Shown here: positions 45,181-54,659 of the stretch, piece by piece
Layout of the letters: the number at the start of each line of letters is the position of its first letter
Position numbering within the stretch: position 1 is the first letter of the stretch
Sequence record: MT833283.1
DNA from: Escherichia coli phage vB_EcoS_Ace
DNA length: 64,000 bases
Reading direction: 5' to 3' (one strand)
Translations under genes and position numbers: made by a program
The notes under the pieces: model-generated
Seen by the model: only the letters and a program-made list of their open reading frames with translations
Database searches by the model: none
What the model was told of the DNA's origin: nothing

Positions 45181-45791
45181 AGACTTTCCCTCAAGGAAAG
45201 TGAAATACCAGTATATGTACCATTACTATTTAACGTAGAGCCAAAACTGTCTCCGTTCATTAATTTAGTTCTAAACAGAATACCATTAAATACCGGTTTC
45301 TCACTACCCGTAGTAGTAATGAATAGATCAGGATAAACACTTATATTCCAAGTATTTCCTGCTGTGTTGATAGAAGTGATTTTATACACTTTTGGATGGT
45401 TGGACAATTTAAATAAATCGCCTGGTTTAGGCAGTCCACGAAGTGTACCTTTAGTGTCCATAATAACTGTTGAACCTTTTTGTCCAGCAGGAATATTTAC
45501 AGCACTAGTATCACCACGAACTCGGAAAGCTTCATATTGTGGTAATAACACATCAATATAGCTACCTGTTCTTTTATAATCTAGAATGAATGAGTCTAAT
45601 TTAGCAAATTCATCTGGGAATAATTCTGGATAAGAGATATTAATACCCCAATATTGAGCAGACACCTTAACCTCCCTAACTTTACCATTAGGTAATTCAT
45701 CACGAATCATAGGGTCATTGTCTACTAAGTTAACGCTTTCAAAACCTAACCCTGATAGCTCTGGGTTCGTGTATGGGTCTGGTAGTCTCAT
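45177..45791 (-). CDS. Distal tail protein (Dit, pb9-like)
   Basis: 204 aa, between tape-measure and hub genes; AAGAGGAG RBS. Confidence 0.55.
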   Translation of the reverse strand: MRLPDPYTNPELSGLGFESVNLVDNDPMIRDELPNGKVREVKVSAQYWGINISYPELFPDEFAKLDSFILDYKRTGSYIDVLLPQYEAFRVRGDTSAVNIPAGQKGSTVIMDTKGTLRGLPKPGDLFKLSNHPKVYKITSINTAGNTWNISVYPDLFITTTGSEKPVFNGILFRTKLMNGDSFGSTLNSNGTYTGISLSLRESL

Positions 45792-45817
45792 AGTTAATTT
45801 CTCCTCTTAATAACAAT

Positions 45818-45846
45818 ATTATAATAGGATTGGAAAATTTTATCAA
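45818..45846 (-). promoter_or_regulatory. Consensus-like sigma70 promoter (TTGATA-N17-TATAAT) inside the tail gene block
   Basis: Reverse strand TTGATA, 17-nt spacer, TATAAT, then AAGAGGAG RBS and the Dit ATG. Confidence 0.45.
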
Positions 45847-45868
45847 GAAATTTTTATTTTTCCATAAA

Positions 45869-45897
45869 GAAAAGGAGGACTTTATGTCCTCCTCCAG
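45869..45897 (-). terminator. Hairpin (terminator/attenuator candidate) downstream of the tape-measure gene
   Basis: GGAGGAC-ATAAA-GTCCTCC stem-loop followed by a T-rich run on the minus strand. Confidence 0.45.
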
Positions 45898-45899
45898 TA

Positions 45900-48800
45900 T
45901 TAAGAATTACCAAGTGATTTCAGGGTGGTTCCATTCTCATTAAGAGCCTGTTCCACGGCATCCCTGAAAGCAGCACTGTTGCTCGAAGCAAAGTCTCGGA
46001 AGCTAGCCGCATCCATCGTACTGATGTTCAGCACAATAGGTCTACCCGATGTACCCTTTGAAGATCCTTTGAGTTCATCAGTAGGAGTAGCCTTCATCGG
46101 AACCATAGGAGTGATTACTTCGGTACCATGCTCACCCATCTGGTAACTAACTCCAGGATACATATTACCACCTTCTGCACGAGGTACGAAAGAGTTAGCA
46201 TTACCAATCCCTTGATCACCTCGAATATAAGAAAGTTCTCCTGCGTTAGCCGACATAGAAACGTCTACGTTCTTCTGGCGCTCTCCAAGAGTTAAGTAAC
46301 CAGCTGTCTCAGCACCAGAGTCCCCAATAGAAGACATACCAGATGCAGAGGATGCTTGAGCAAGAGCCATAGCACCTGCTAAACCAGCCGCAACCATCAG
46401 AGGAATAGAGAATGGATACGGAACAGCTGTTGCTGCCTGCATCACCGCTACTGCCGTCTGGATAATGATTTGCTTCTTAGCCGCATCTTGCTGGATCTTG
46501 AGCTTTTCAGCCTCTAACTTCTTGATCTTAGCTTTGGATTGCTCAGATTTACCATCACGTTTCTGTTCTGCTGCAATAGCTGCATCAATAGCACTTACCT
46601 GTTGACCAACACTATACTGAATCATTGAAGATACAGTTTGCATACCCGCCGCTACTAGAGAAGTGGTATCCAGAGATCCTTGAGAGAACTGGATCATAGC
46701 GTTAGTTAGGTTACCCATGCTTTGTGCTACAGCAGTTGCTTCGGAGTTCAGCTCAGACAGCTTAGAAATAGCCTGGTCGTAAGATGCCATTCTATTCTGC
46801 ATATCTGCGAAGTTTTTATCTTCTCCAGTTAATCCAGTAGTAGGAGTATACGTAGCCCCTACAGCTGCACCTACAGAAGACTGCATTTCTGCATCACGCT
46901 GTACTCTTAGAGCCGCAAGCTGGGCTCTAGTTTCTGCTAGCTTTTTGTTATATTCTAGCTGAGCAGCAGCATTCCCTAAAGTTTTTTGCTTAAGGTCTTC
47001 GAATAACTGGATTTGCTCCTTGATACGTTCCGCAGCTCCCATTAAAGGATTTGCAGTAAATTTTCTTTGTTGCTCCTCCTCCCTGCCAGCAGCCATTTCC
47101 CTTTGCTGATCCTGACGGAATTTCCATATTTCACGTTCAATTTGTGCCTGAGCACGTCTTGATTGTTCAGCTTCCTTATGCTTATCAACCTGTTTGGAGT
47201 ACCATTCATACTTTTCTTTCTCGACAGTCAGTTCAAGGTTCAACTGAGCTAAACGATATTGAGTATCTGTCATAGTACGGTTATTCAGGAGAGCAATTTC
47301 ACGATCAACACCAAGAATCTTATCGGTATAATCCTTAACCTTCTTCTGAGCTTCCATACCCTGGTTAGTGATCTTGATACGTTCTAACTGAATCTTAGCT
47401 ATCTCACCTTCGATTGCTTTGTTACCCTTGTTAGTTTCTAGGACACGCTTAAGAGCTGCTTCCTGTTCTTCTAACTGTTGGATTTCCAGACGTCTACCAG
47501 CTTCCTGTGCTTTCTCTTTGTCCTTAGTCTGGTTATACACTTCGGCAATCTTCTGCTGAACTTCTAACTGATTCTTAGTTTCATTACCGGTTAGTTTTAC
47601 ATAACCAGCAAGAGCTTGTGAAGCAGTCTTCATCTCACTAAGGGTATTATATCCTAAGTTCAGGCTCTTAACATACTCATCAGCATTTTTACCAGTACCA
47701 GCAGAAAGAGACTCAATAGTCTTAATCGTATCTGATAGGGATGCACTAGTTTTAGCCGCAGTATTAGTATTCTGAGCAATGTTCTGGATATCGTTAGCTA
47801 AATCACTAGCAGTTTTCTTAGCCTGATCATATGCTTTCTGCTGTTCTGTCAGTCCTTTCAGAGTTGCGGAGTTAAAGTCATAAACCGCATCAGGGTCATT
47901 CATATCCTTCTGCAGATTAATCTGCTTCTGAAATTCTGGAGTAGCCTTAGCAGCCGCAGCACCAGCAGCTTGATATGCAGATTTCCATGCACCTAAGTTA
48001 TCGGTTGAATCAGTAACTTCCTTATCCAAACGTTCTACTTGGAGTGCCATAGCCGCAGTTTCAGCTACGAACTTCTTGTTTTCCTCCGAAGCACCAAGAG
48101 CCGCAGCACTTACCGGAACACCTTGAGCTACAGAACGAATTGCACCTGCGGTAAAGAAGTCAGCCTGTTCCATACGCTTGTCTAGATCAGCTTTTAACTT
48201 ATTACGCTTTTCTAGAGATTCTTTATACATATCAAGCGCTTTATTATATCCTTCCTCAGAAGCGGAAAGACTTAAAGCTACAGCACCAACATTAGTTGGG
48301 TCAATCTGACGGTTAGTTTCTTCCTGTGCTCTAGCAGCAGAAGCCGAGATAGATGCTTGAGAAGTATAGAATACTGCGTTGATAGAATCAATTACCGGCC
48401 CTAAATACTTAGCAGCAGCCTGTTGAACCTTTCTCAGGGCAGCATCAGCATTAGCAGCAAACTGTTCCCATGGAGTTGCACGAAGTACGTCATCCAAGTA
48501 GCCGAAACGTTTAGTAGATTCAGCGATTACTGCGTTAGCATATGCTTGTTGCTTTTGGAAAGTGGAAAGACTATTGACGTTATACGTAATACCTGTGTTA
48601 GCAGCATTTAACTGTTTAACGTAGTCAGCGTAAGCATCATTAAGACGAATAGTAACACCAAGTTCGTCCAGAAGTTCGATTTCTTGTTTGGATACACCCT
48701 TGATTACACGGTTAAGTGCATCAGTCATATCAACACCAAGAACAGCAGCAGCACGACGAGCTACTAGACCAAATTTATTAAGTTGTTCAGCATCAAATCC

Positions 48801-49580
48801 ATATGCGGAAGCAGAGGATGCTTGTCTCATTGCTTCTTCGAAGGAGATTGCATAACCAGCAGCCTCTTGTAGAGATCTAGCTAGAGTTTGTACCGGAGTA
48901 CCTGTTTGAGTACCAACAATAGTACCAAACTTCTCAAGACGGTTTAACTGGTCACCCATCTTAAGTTGTTCGAATGCAGATTGTAGAACGAACACGTTAG
49001 ATGCGATAGCAGCGTACATAAGAGGTAAACCACCACCCACTTTAGCCATAGCTGCAAAGTCACGAGTTGCACCACGTGCTGAACCAGAAGTATTACCAAT
49101 TGCACGACTAGCACGTCCTGCAGCGGTAGTTGTATCATTAAAGCCTCTAGCAGTATTACCTAGTGCTCGGTTAGTATCATATAATCTATCTTGAACTTTT
49201 TCAGTTGCAGCAGCTACATCGTTACCCATCGCCTTAACAGATTTACCAACGTGTGTAAATCCAGACTCTAGCTTATCGGATACCTCGATCATAGCAATAG
49301 CAAGGTCATCTAACTTAGCACCAATACTATCCATAGATTTGGTGATACCAGTCATGCCTCTACTAGCCTGCATTTTAGTTAGACTTTTAGCTGCTCTATC
49401 CGCCGCCCTCTCAATGGAGTAAAGAGTTTTGGGCATTTTTCCTAACTGCTCATTAGTCAGTTCGGAAGCGGCAGCAGCATTTTCTAACGCATCGGAAACG
49501 TTCTCAATAGATTTTGCAGTACGGGTTGCCCCTTTCTGCTTTACATCTATAAGTAGTTCTCGTATTAGCTTATCAGTCAT
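45900..49580 (-). CDS. Tail tape measure protein (pb2-like)
   Basis: 1226 aa; long Ala/Gln/Lys-rich coiled-coil, hydrophobic segments near the C-terminus (IIIQTAVAVMQAATAV..MVAAGLAGAMALA) and a Gly-rich C-terminal domain. Confidence 0.8.
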   Translation of the reverse strand: MTDKLIRELLIDVKQKGATRTAKSIENVSDALENAAAASELTNEQLGKMPKTLYSIERAADRAAKSLTKMQASRGMTGITKSMDSIGAKLDDLAIAMIEVSDKLESGFTHVGKSVKAMGNDVAAATEKVQDRLYDTNRALGNTARGFNDTTTAAGRASRAIGNTSGSARGATRDFAAMAKVGGGLPLMYAAIASNVFVLQSAFEQLKMGDQLNRLEKFGTIVGTQTGTPVQTLARSLQEAAGYAISFEEAMRQASSASAYGFDAEQLNKFGLVARRAAAVLGVDMTDALNRVIKGVSKQEIELLDELGVTIRLNDAYADYVKQLNAANTGITYNVNSLSTFQKQQAYANAVIAESTKRFGYLDDVLRATPWEQFAANADAALRKVQQAAAKYLGPVIDSINAVFYTSQASISASAARAQEETNRQIDPTNVGAVALSLSASEEGYNKALDMYKESLEKRNKLKADLDKRMEQADFFTAGAIRSVAQGVPVSAAALGASEENKKFVAETAAMALQVERLDKEVTDSTDNLGAWKSAYQAAGAAAAKATPEFQKQINLQKDMNDPDAVYDFNSATLKGLTEQQKAYDQAKKTASDLANDIQNIAQNTNTAAKTSASLSDTIKTIESLSAGTGKNADEYVKSLNLGYNTLSEMKTASQALAGYVKLTGNETKNQLEVQQKIAEVYNQTKDKEKAQEAGRRLEIQQLEEQEAALKRVLETNKGNKAIEGEIAKIQLERIKITNQGMEAQKKVKDYTDKILGVDREIALLNNRTMTDTQYRLAQLNLELTVEKEKYEWYSKQVDKHKEAEQSRRAQAQIEREIWKFRQDQQREMAAGREEEQQRKFTANPLMGAAERIKEQIQLFEDLKQKTLGNAAAQLEYNKKLAETRAQLAALRVQRDAEMQSSVGAAVGATYTPTTGLTGEDKNFADMQNRMASYDQAISKLSELNSEATAVAQSMGNLTNAMIQFSQGSLDTTSLVAAGMQTVSSMIQYSVGQQVSAIDAAIAAEQKRDGKSEQSKAKIKKLEAEKLKIQQDAAKKQIIIQTAVAVMQAATAVPYPFSIPLMVAAGLAGAMALAQASSASGMSSIGDSGAETAGYLTLGERQKNVDVSMSANAGELSYIRGDQGIGNANSFVPRAEGGNMYPGVSYQMGEHGTEVITPMVPMKATPTDELKGSSKGTSGRPIVLNISTMDAASFRDFASSNSAAFRDAVEQALNENGTTLKSLGNS

Positions 49581-49590
49581 TTATTTTTCC

Positions 49591-49625
49591 CAATAAAAAA
49601 GGCTCTGGGCAAATCACCCAGAGCC
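49591..49625 (-). terminator. Rho-independent terminator immediately upstream of the tape-measure start
   Basis: GGCTCTGGG-CAAATCAC-CCAGAGCC hairpin followed (minus strand) by TTTTTTATTGGGAAAAATAAATG. Confidence 0.55.
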
Positions 49626-49660
49626 AAGCCTCATCGTGGAACGCCCATTGGAGGAAACTT

Positions 49661-50029
49661 TTACTGAGCTCGAGATCTAGCATGCGGTTTAATGTTCGGA
49701 GTGCGACCATTTTGTTTACCATGCTTCTCGGCTCTCTTACGAGCTGCATCTACAGCTTTCGAATCAAATATATTGATGATGTGTAGAACAAACTCTTTCT
49801 CTATAGGATCAGTAATCCCATAGATATCAAATAAAACACCTAGTGCACTTTTGTCTTTTCCTATAAAAATAGGAAAGTCACCTGGTATGAAACAGTCAAT
49901 AAGACTGTTATAAATATTCATACTAGTAGATACAATAGGTGGAAAATCTTCGAGTTCAACAGGCATTGCCTTAGGATCAGGTTCAATACCTAGCGACTCA
50001 CAAAGCATTAAATATTGTTGTTTTGTCAT
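49661..50029 (-). CDS. Hypothetical protein, possible tail assembly chaperone (122 aa)
   Basis: Position between tail-tube-side genes and the tape measure; basic C-terminus. Confidence 0.4.
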   Translation of the reverse strand: MTKQQYLMLCESLGIEPDPKAMPVELEDFPPIVSTSMNIYNSLIDCFIPGDFPIFIGKDKSALGVLFDIYGITDPIEKEFVLHIINIFDSKAVDAARKRAEKHGKQNGRTPNIKPHARSRAQ

Positions 50030-50090
50030 TTTAGATGCTGATGATTTAATGCATTTATCAGCAAAATCGGCAACAGCATCTAGTAACTGC

Positions 50091-50495
50091 TTACGCTTTT
50101 GAGCTACGAAAAGTGTCTAAGTGGAACACTGTCTGGTTGATCCAAGAATCAAACGCAGCAGAGTTCTGCATAAGCATGATAGCATTATCGCGACTAAATG
50201 GAACTTCAGTAGTAGGATCAGCTTCAGTTTCGATAAGCATCAGCTTCTCAACATCTCCAATCGTCAAGCCAGTCCAGCCAGCAATTGCAGTATCAACGAA
50301 AGCTTCAATAAACTTATCATCGTCCTGAACTTGAATCATAGTACCGTTAACCCACTCGTCACGCTTAGCGGAAGAGATAACACGCTTAGATGCAGCACGA
50401 GACATGTAGTTCAGTTGCAGCTTGAAGTTAGGCATACCTGGGTAAGCCAGCTCAATAGTACGAGTTTCAAGGGTAATATCTTTTAAATTGATCAT
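50091..50495 (-). CDS. Hypothetical protein, possible tail assembly chaperone (134 aa)
   Basis: Position upstream of the tape measure; overlaps the stop of the preceding gene. Confidence 0.4.
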   Translation of the reverse strand: MINLKDITLETRTIELAYPGMPNFKLQLNYMSRAASKRVISSAKRDEWVNGTMIQVQDDDKFIEAFVDTAIAGWTGLTIGDVEKLMLIETEADPTTEVPFSRDNAIMLMQNSAAFDSWINQTVFHLDTFRSSKA

Positions 50496-51391
50496 TTCTT
50501 TATTTCTCCAAAGAAGTCGATTCTTACCGGATCAGAGTCTGCAGTAGGGATTACATCCCATTCAACTCTGTATATATCCGAGAATTGTAGGCGTTTTGTT
50601 ATACGTGCTGAAGGAAAGTCAATCGAAATATGTTCATTTCGGATGGTTAATGGTATGTCAGTTTCGGGTTCAATATTATAAAACATATCACCAGCAAATC
50701 GCTTAGTGTAGTAAAATGCAATTGTTGCCGAAGCATTCATTTCATTAACATAAGCTCTCTTATTATTATATATTTTGTTTATGTCAAATACGCTTTTATC
50801 TTCTCTCCAAGAACATTGTTGCTGGAATGACATAGAAGCGGATAAAAGAGCTGGTAAAACATTACTGTTGGTAGATACTCTAGGAGGACTATATGACATA
50901 ACTTCACCCTGAACAATAGAACCAGCAGGAGTAAAAGTAGACACCTCAGAGAACTTACCAGATTCAATTCCTACGTTTAGGATAGGAACGCTTTTGTCTA
51001 GAGAAAAGTCTACAGTAGATACATAGCAATTCTCAAAGTACACACAGTTATTATCTTTATTAACTATGTATATATTAAACATTGTTGGCTCAATATTTGT
51101 ACTATAAAGTGGTAGTAAGAATGTGTTACCCTCTCGGTCAAAGCCCATCCATTCAAAGAAGTTAGCTTCAGTAAGGGTATTACTAAAATTTATAGCCAGC
51201 GATATTGAAGATGGAGTTTGTGCATTAATAATAGAGTCAGCATAGTTGGTTCTACGATGGATAGTCCTACGAAGAGTTTTAAATTCCTCATAGGACGTAT
51301 TGATATCGTAATTTGACAGGGCATCAAAATGATAAGCCCTGCCATCATACTCAACTATAACTTTTGACTCCCTCATTAGAGAGTAGTACAT
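50492..51391 (-). CDS. Tail protein (T5 p140-like)
   Basis: 299 aa, immediately after the tail tube gene. Confidence 0.45.
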   Translation of the reverse strand: MYYSLMRESKVIVEYDGRAYHFDALSNYDINTSYEEFKTLRRTIHRRTNYADSIINAQTPSSISLAINFSNTLTEANFFEWMGFDREGNTFLLPLYSTNIEPTMFNIYIVNKDNNCVYFENCYVSTVDFSLDKSVPILNVGIESGKFSEVSTFTPAGSIVQGEVMSYSPPRVSTNSNVLPALLSASMSFQQQCSWREDKSVFDINKIYNNKRAYVNEMNASATIAFYYTKRFAGDMFYNIEPETDIPLTIRNEHISIDFPSARITKRLQFSDIYRVEWDVIPTADSDPVRIDFFGEIKK

Positions 51392-51395
51392 TTAA

Positions 51396-52805
51396 TTAGC
51401 CACCAGAAGCAGTAACTGTAATGCTCTTAGTACCTTCTACACCAGAACCATCTTTAGCTACAGCTTTCACAGTAACTGCACCAGTCTTAGAAGCATCAGC
51501 GGTTAGTAACCCAGAAGTTGCATCAATAGTGGCAGCAGTACCAGAGGAAATAGACCAAGTTACTTCCTTATTAGTAGCTTCGGCAGGTAAAACATCTACA
51601 GTCATCTGAAGAGTTGCACTATTCTCGACGGAAGTTGCATCACCCGCAGATTTAACAGTAATACCTGTTACCTTAACCGGAGCTGCTTTACCACCGTCAC
51701 CAGTTGCAATCAGATTTGCAATAGTAGTTTTGGTGTACTTATTAGAGAAACCAAGATAACCTTCATCACCAGTATCCAGATCAGTAGGAATTGCTTTGAA
51801 CTCTACAGAAGTACCAAGTACATCGTCAGTCTCAATAGTTGGGATGTTAACGTGAGCTTGCTTAGCAACTAGAACAGCGGCTGGGCGCTCATCATCATAT
51901 TCACCGCCAAGTACTAGAGCGATTTCGAAACGGTTAACTACCTTCAGGGTCTTAATCAGATCTTTATACAGATCCATAGAACCTAGAGCTTTATCGTTAA
52001 GATAAGCGGTCAGAGAACCAGTTAACTCGAATGCACCAGTAAATGAACCGATTGGGATGTTAACACGGGACATGACGTTAGGAGTCAGATAGGTGATGTT
52101 GTTGTTAATTGTAAAGCTACCACCAGTGATCGGAATGTCATATGCCTTACCAGTATCCATATCCTTAATTTTGAGGATAGTCAGTTTGTTCTTGATATAA
52201 GAACCCTGGATAGTCATGTAAGTTTCATCATCAATACCCACAGTATCAGGATCAAATGGAGCAGCGTCCAGAGGGATCAGCTGGTTACCATTACCTGACC
52301 AAGTTACACGACCTATATCTTCGATATCAACGTTTACTTCAGCCTGGTTGATCTGACAGGAATCGATGTAGCTCCATGCTTTATCAGTAAGGATGTAAAT
52401 ATGTAGCATTGCCAGCTCGTGGTATGCGTTATCCTTAAAGTTAACCATGAAGTTAGTTTCGTTAGTGTGAGCACCTGTATCGCCATCTAGGTTGATAGGC
52501 TTACCACTAGAAAGAGCATGCCACAGCATGTAGTCCGGAACGATCTGCTTACTAGTAGTCTTATCTAAGTAAGGCAGGATGTAAGTAGAGAAACTCCACT
52601 CAGCTGCGTTCAGGGAGTCGTTGAAACGTTTTGAACCACGAGTTGGACGCGGACCAGCTTCGTTAACAGTAATATCGGTTGAGTTACTGTCCTGACCCCA
52701 AGAAATATCATCTTGAACTAGAATCTCTTGCGTGTTGGTCTTATCGTGACCAGTCTTAACCGTAGACACGAAGATTCGAGTATTACGTAATAGTTGTAAA
52801 GACAT
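51396..52805 (-). CDS. Major tail tube protein (pb6-like) with C-terminal Ig-like domain
   Basis: 469 aa; C-terminal ~90 aa has a BIG2-like pattern (ATLQMTVDVLPAEATNKEVTWSISSG..TVKAVAKDGSGV). Confidence 0.7.
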   Translation of the reverse strand: MSLQLLRNTRIFVSTVKTGHDKTNTQEILVQDDISWGQDSNSTDITVNEAGPRPTRGSKRFNDSLNAAEWSFSTYILPYLDKTTSKQIVPDYMLWHALSSGKPINLDGDTGAHTNETNFMVNFKDNAYHELAMLHIYILTDKAWSYIDSCQINQAEVNVDIEDIGRVTWSGNGNQLIPLDAAPFDPDTVGIDDETYMTIQGSYIKNKLTILKIKDMDTGKAYDIPITGGSFTINNNITYLTPNVMSRVNIPIGSFTGAFELTGSLTAYLNDKALGSMDLYKDLIKTLKVVNRFEIALVLGGEYDDERPAAVLVAKQAHVNIPTIETDDVLGTSVEFKAIPTDLDTGDEGYLGFSNKYTKTTIANLIATGDGGKAAPVKVTGITVKSAGDATSVENSATLQMTVDVLPAEATNKEVTWSISSGTAATIDATSGLLTADASKTGAVTVKAVAKDGSGVEGTKSITVTASGG

Positions 52806-52831
52806 TTATTTATATTCTCCTAATCTGTAAC

Positions 52832-53317
52832 TTATCTGCGAAGTGCCCTACGAGGTGGCTGATACCTCACTGTTACATTTATTTCCGCTAAACCATATGG
52901 GGCCAGTAGACCCTCATCTGTAGCTACTGAGGTGATGCTCATATCAGTTGCCTCACATGGGAAGGTCGATCCATTAGGTTTACTAACAGTATATTCTAAA
53001 TTTCCACCTGTGTCAATGACGGTTTTTATGTCAGCTACGAGTTTTTCAAGTTGCTCTTGAATATCTGTTTTCTCTTTGTCATACACGAGGATTGGAAGTT
53101 CTAAAAACATCCACTGTTGGCCTGAGGGAAGATACTGCCCAGTTTCAGTTCCGATATGGACTGCCACATAAGGAAATTCTCGGATTTCCTCGAATTTATA
53201 AGTTTGACGAGAAACGTTTCCATAAAGGTTATTGAAATACTCGTCAGGTTGTGAACCATCCATTTGTGTGGCGATTCGGTCAACCACTGCTTGTGCAATA
53301 CTTGTTCTGTGATCCAT
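52832..53317 (-). CDS. Tail terminator-like protein (T5 p142-like)
   Basis: 161 aa; between head-tail joining genes and the tube gene. Confidence 0.45.
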   Translation of the reverse strand: MDHRTSIAQAVVDRIATQMDGSQPDEYFNNLYGNVSRQTYKFEEIREFPYVAVHIGTETGQYLPSGQQWMFLELPILVYDKEKTDIQEQLEKLVADIKTVIDTGGNLEYTVSKPNGSTFPCEATDMSITSVATDEGLLAPYGLAEINVTVRYQPPRRALRR

Positions 53318-53320
53318 TTA

Positions 53321-54088
53321 TTAGGTTCCTTGATTAACCTTGATTTTATATCTAGAGTGAATCAGGTCTCTTGCAGCTTTTGCGATTGCTTCCCCAATAA
53401 GTTTTTGAGGGTTTCGAGCGCCAGGGTAAGGTCGTAGAGAAAGTCTTCGATATGTAGAAACTGCGGGGTTGAACACAGAGTAAGGACGAACCATATAGTT
53501 ATACGTCACATTCAGCTCTGGAGCACCTTTACTAGTTTCTGCATCACGTAACATAACATCTTTAATCTTTAAGGAGTTAGCAAAGCGACCAGTTCTGAAC
53601 TTCAATGGTGCCCCTGCTTTTTTCATATCCTTGATTAAGTATTCCTTAGCTACTATCTCAAGAATAGCACGCATGTTACTATTTGATACGAAACGACCGG
53701 AAGCACCTGTTACTGCACCTGAATAGCCATCTTCAGTATCTCTAGGATCTCCAAAGTTTACCTGAACTCTACCGGTAGAACGTTTTTTACCTACAGCAGA
53801 ACGTTTACCTGCGGTTGCTTGAATTAAATTCTCTAGAGCGCCTAAATCACCAGAAAGATCTAAGTTAGAAGAAACAGCCTTCAGTATAGATGCTGTCCTA
53901 ACATTTAATAAGTCTTGTGATACTGGTTTTGAGAATTTGAAAGATACCTGTGCAACTGTGCCATCTCTTGTAGGATCCTTCAAACCAGTCTCAACTGTAT
54001 ATACAACAGTATTCTTATTATTCTCAGATCGTCCTGCAGTATCTAGCTGCTCTTTAATAATTTGTCTAGCTAGATCAGAAAGAGCCAT
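53321..54088 (-). CDS. Head-tail connector/completion protein candidate
   Basis: 255 aa; position only. Confidence 0.4.
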   Translation of the reverse strand: MALSDLARQIIKEQLDTAGRSENNKNTVVYTVETGLKDPTRDGTVAQVSFKFSKPVSQDLLNVRTASILKAVSSNLDLSGDLGALENLIQATAGKRSAVGKKRSTGRVQVNFGDPRDTEDGYSGAVTGASGRFVSNSNMRAILEIVAKEYLIKDMKKAGAPLKFRTGRFANSLKIKDVMLRDAETSKGAPELNVTYNYMVRPYSVFNPAVSTYRRLSLRPYPGARNPQKLIGEAIAKAARDLIHSRYKIKVNQGT

Positions 54089-54600
54089 TACACTCTCCTA
54101 TAGACTTCGATGATTGTACGAATATGTTCTGGAATACCAGACTTAGTATTGTTAAACGTAACTGTCTCACCACCAATAGTCTTGGCTTGACGATAATCTT
54201 GCTTATGCCAGTGATCTACTAACAGACATGCTGCCAGTTTAAGATCTTCAGGCATTGGATTGAAACCACCTTGAGTATACTCTACATCCATATATCCTTC
54301 AGGAGGATTAAACTTAAGGAGAATAACACCATCAGGATACAGTTTAAACTGTTCCGGATCTATTTCATTCTCGTTAATAGTCATCTTTGTAATAGATGTG
54401 GCTGAAGGAGAACTCAGGAAATATTTCCTACGGCTAGGTTTTGTGGTGATTAATTGATCTACCGCATCTGCATCATCCATACCTAGAAGGCTTGTAATCA
54501 GCGTATTGGCAGCTTTAATCATCATCTCAACCTGAGTTTCCATATCAGGACGTTTTAAATTCCCATATAGTTTATAATCTTCAACAGTGATGATTTGCAT
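54088..54600 (-). CDS. Head completion/adaptor protein candidate
   Basis: 170 aa; first gene after the capsid-gene terminator. Confidence 0.4.
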   Translation of the reverse strand: MQIITVEDYKLYGNLKRPDMETQVEMMIKAANTLITSLLGMDDADAVDQLITTKPSRRKYFLSSPSATSITKMTINENEIDPEQFKLYPDGVILLKFNPPEGYMDVEYTQGGFNPMPEDLKLAACLLVDHWHKQDYRQAKTIGGETVTFNNTKSGIPEHIRTIIEVYRRV

Positions 54601-54610
54601 TTATTTTTCC

Positions 54611-54640
54611 CAATAAAAAAGGAGAGCCGAAGCTCTCCTT
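54611..54640 (-). terminator. Rho-independent terminator downstream of the major capsid gene
   Basis: AAGGAGAGC-CGAA-GCTCTCCTT hairpin followed (minus strand) by TTTTTTATTGGGAAAAATAAATG. Confidence 0.6.
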
Positions 54641-54659
54641 ATCGGCTGAAAAGCCTGTA

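Noticed and set aside
50113-50486. Plus-strand ORFs of 71 and 121 aa opposite the putative tail chaperone gene
   Set aside because: Antisense to a minus-strand gene in an operon where all neighbours are on the minus strand; one starts with GTG and has no RBS
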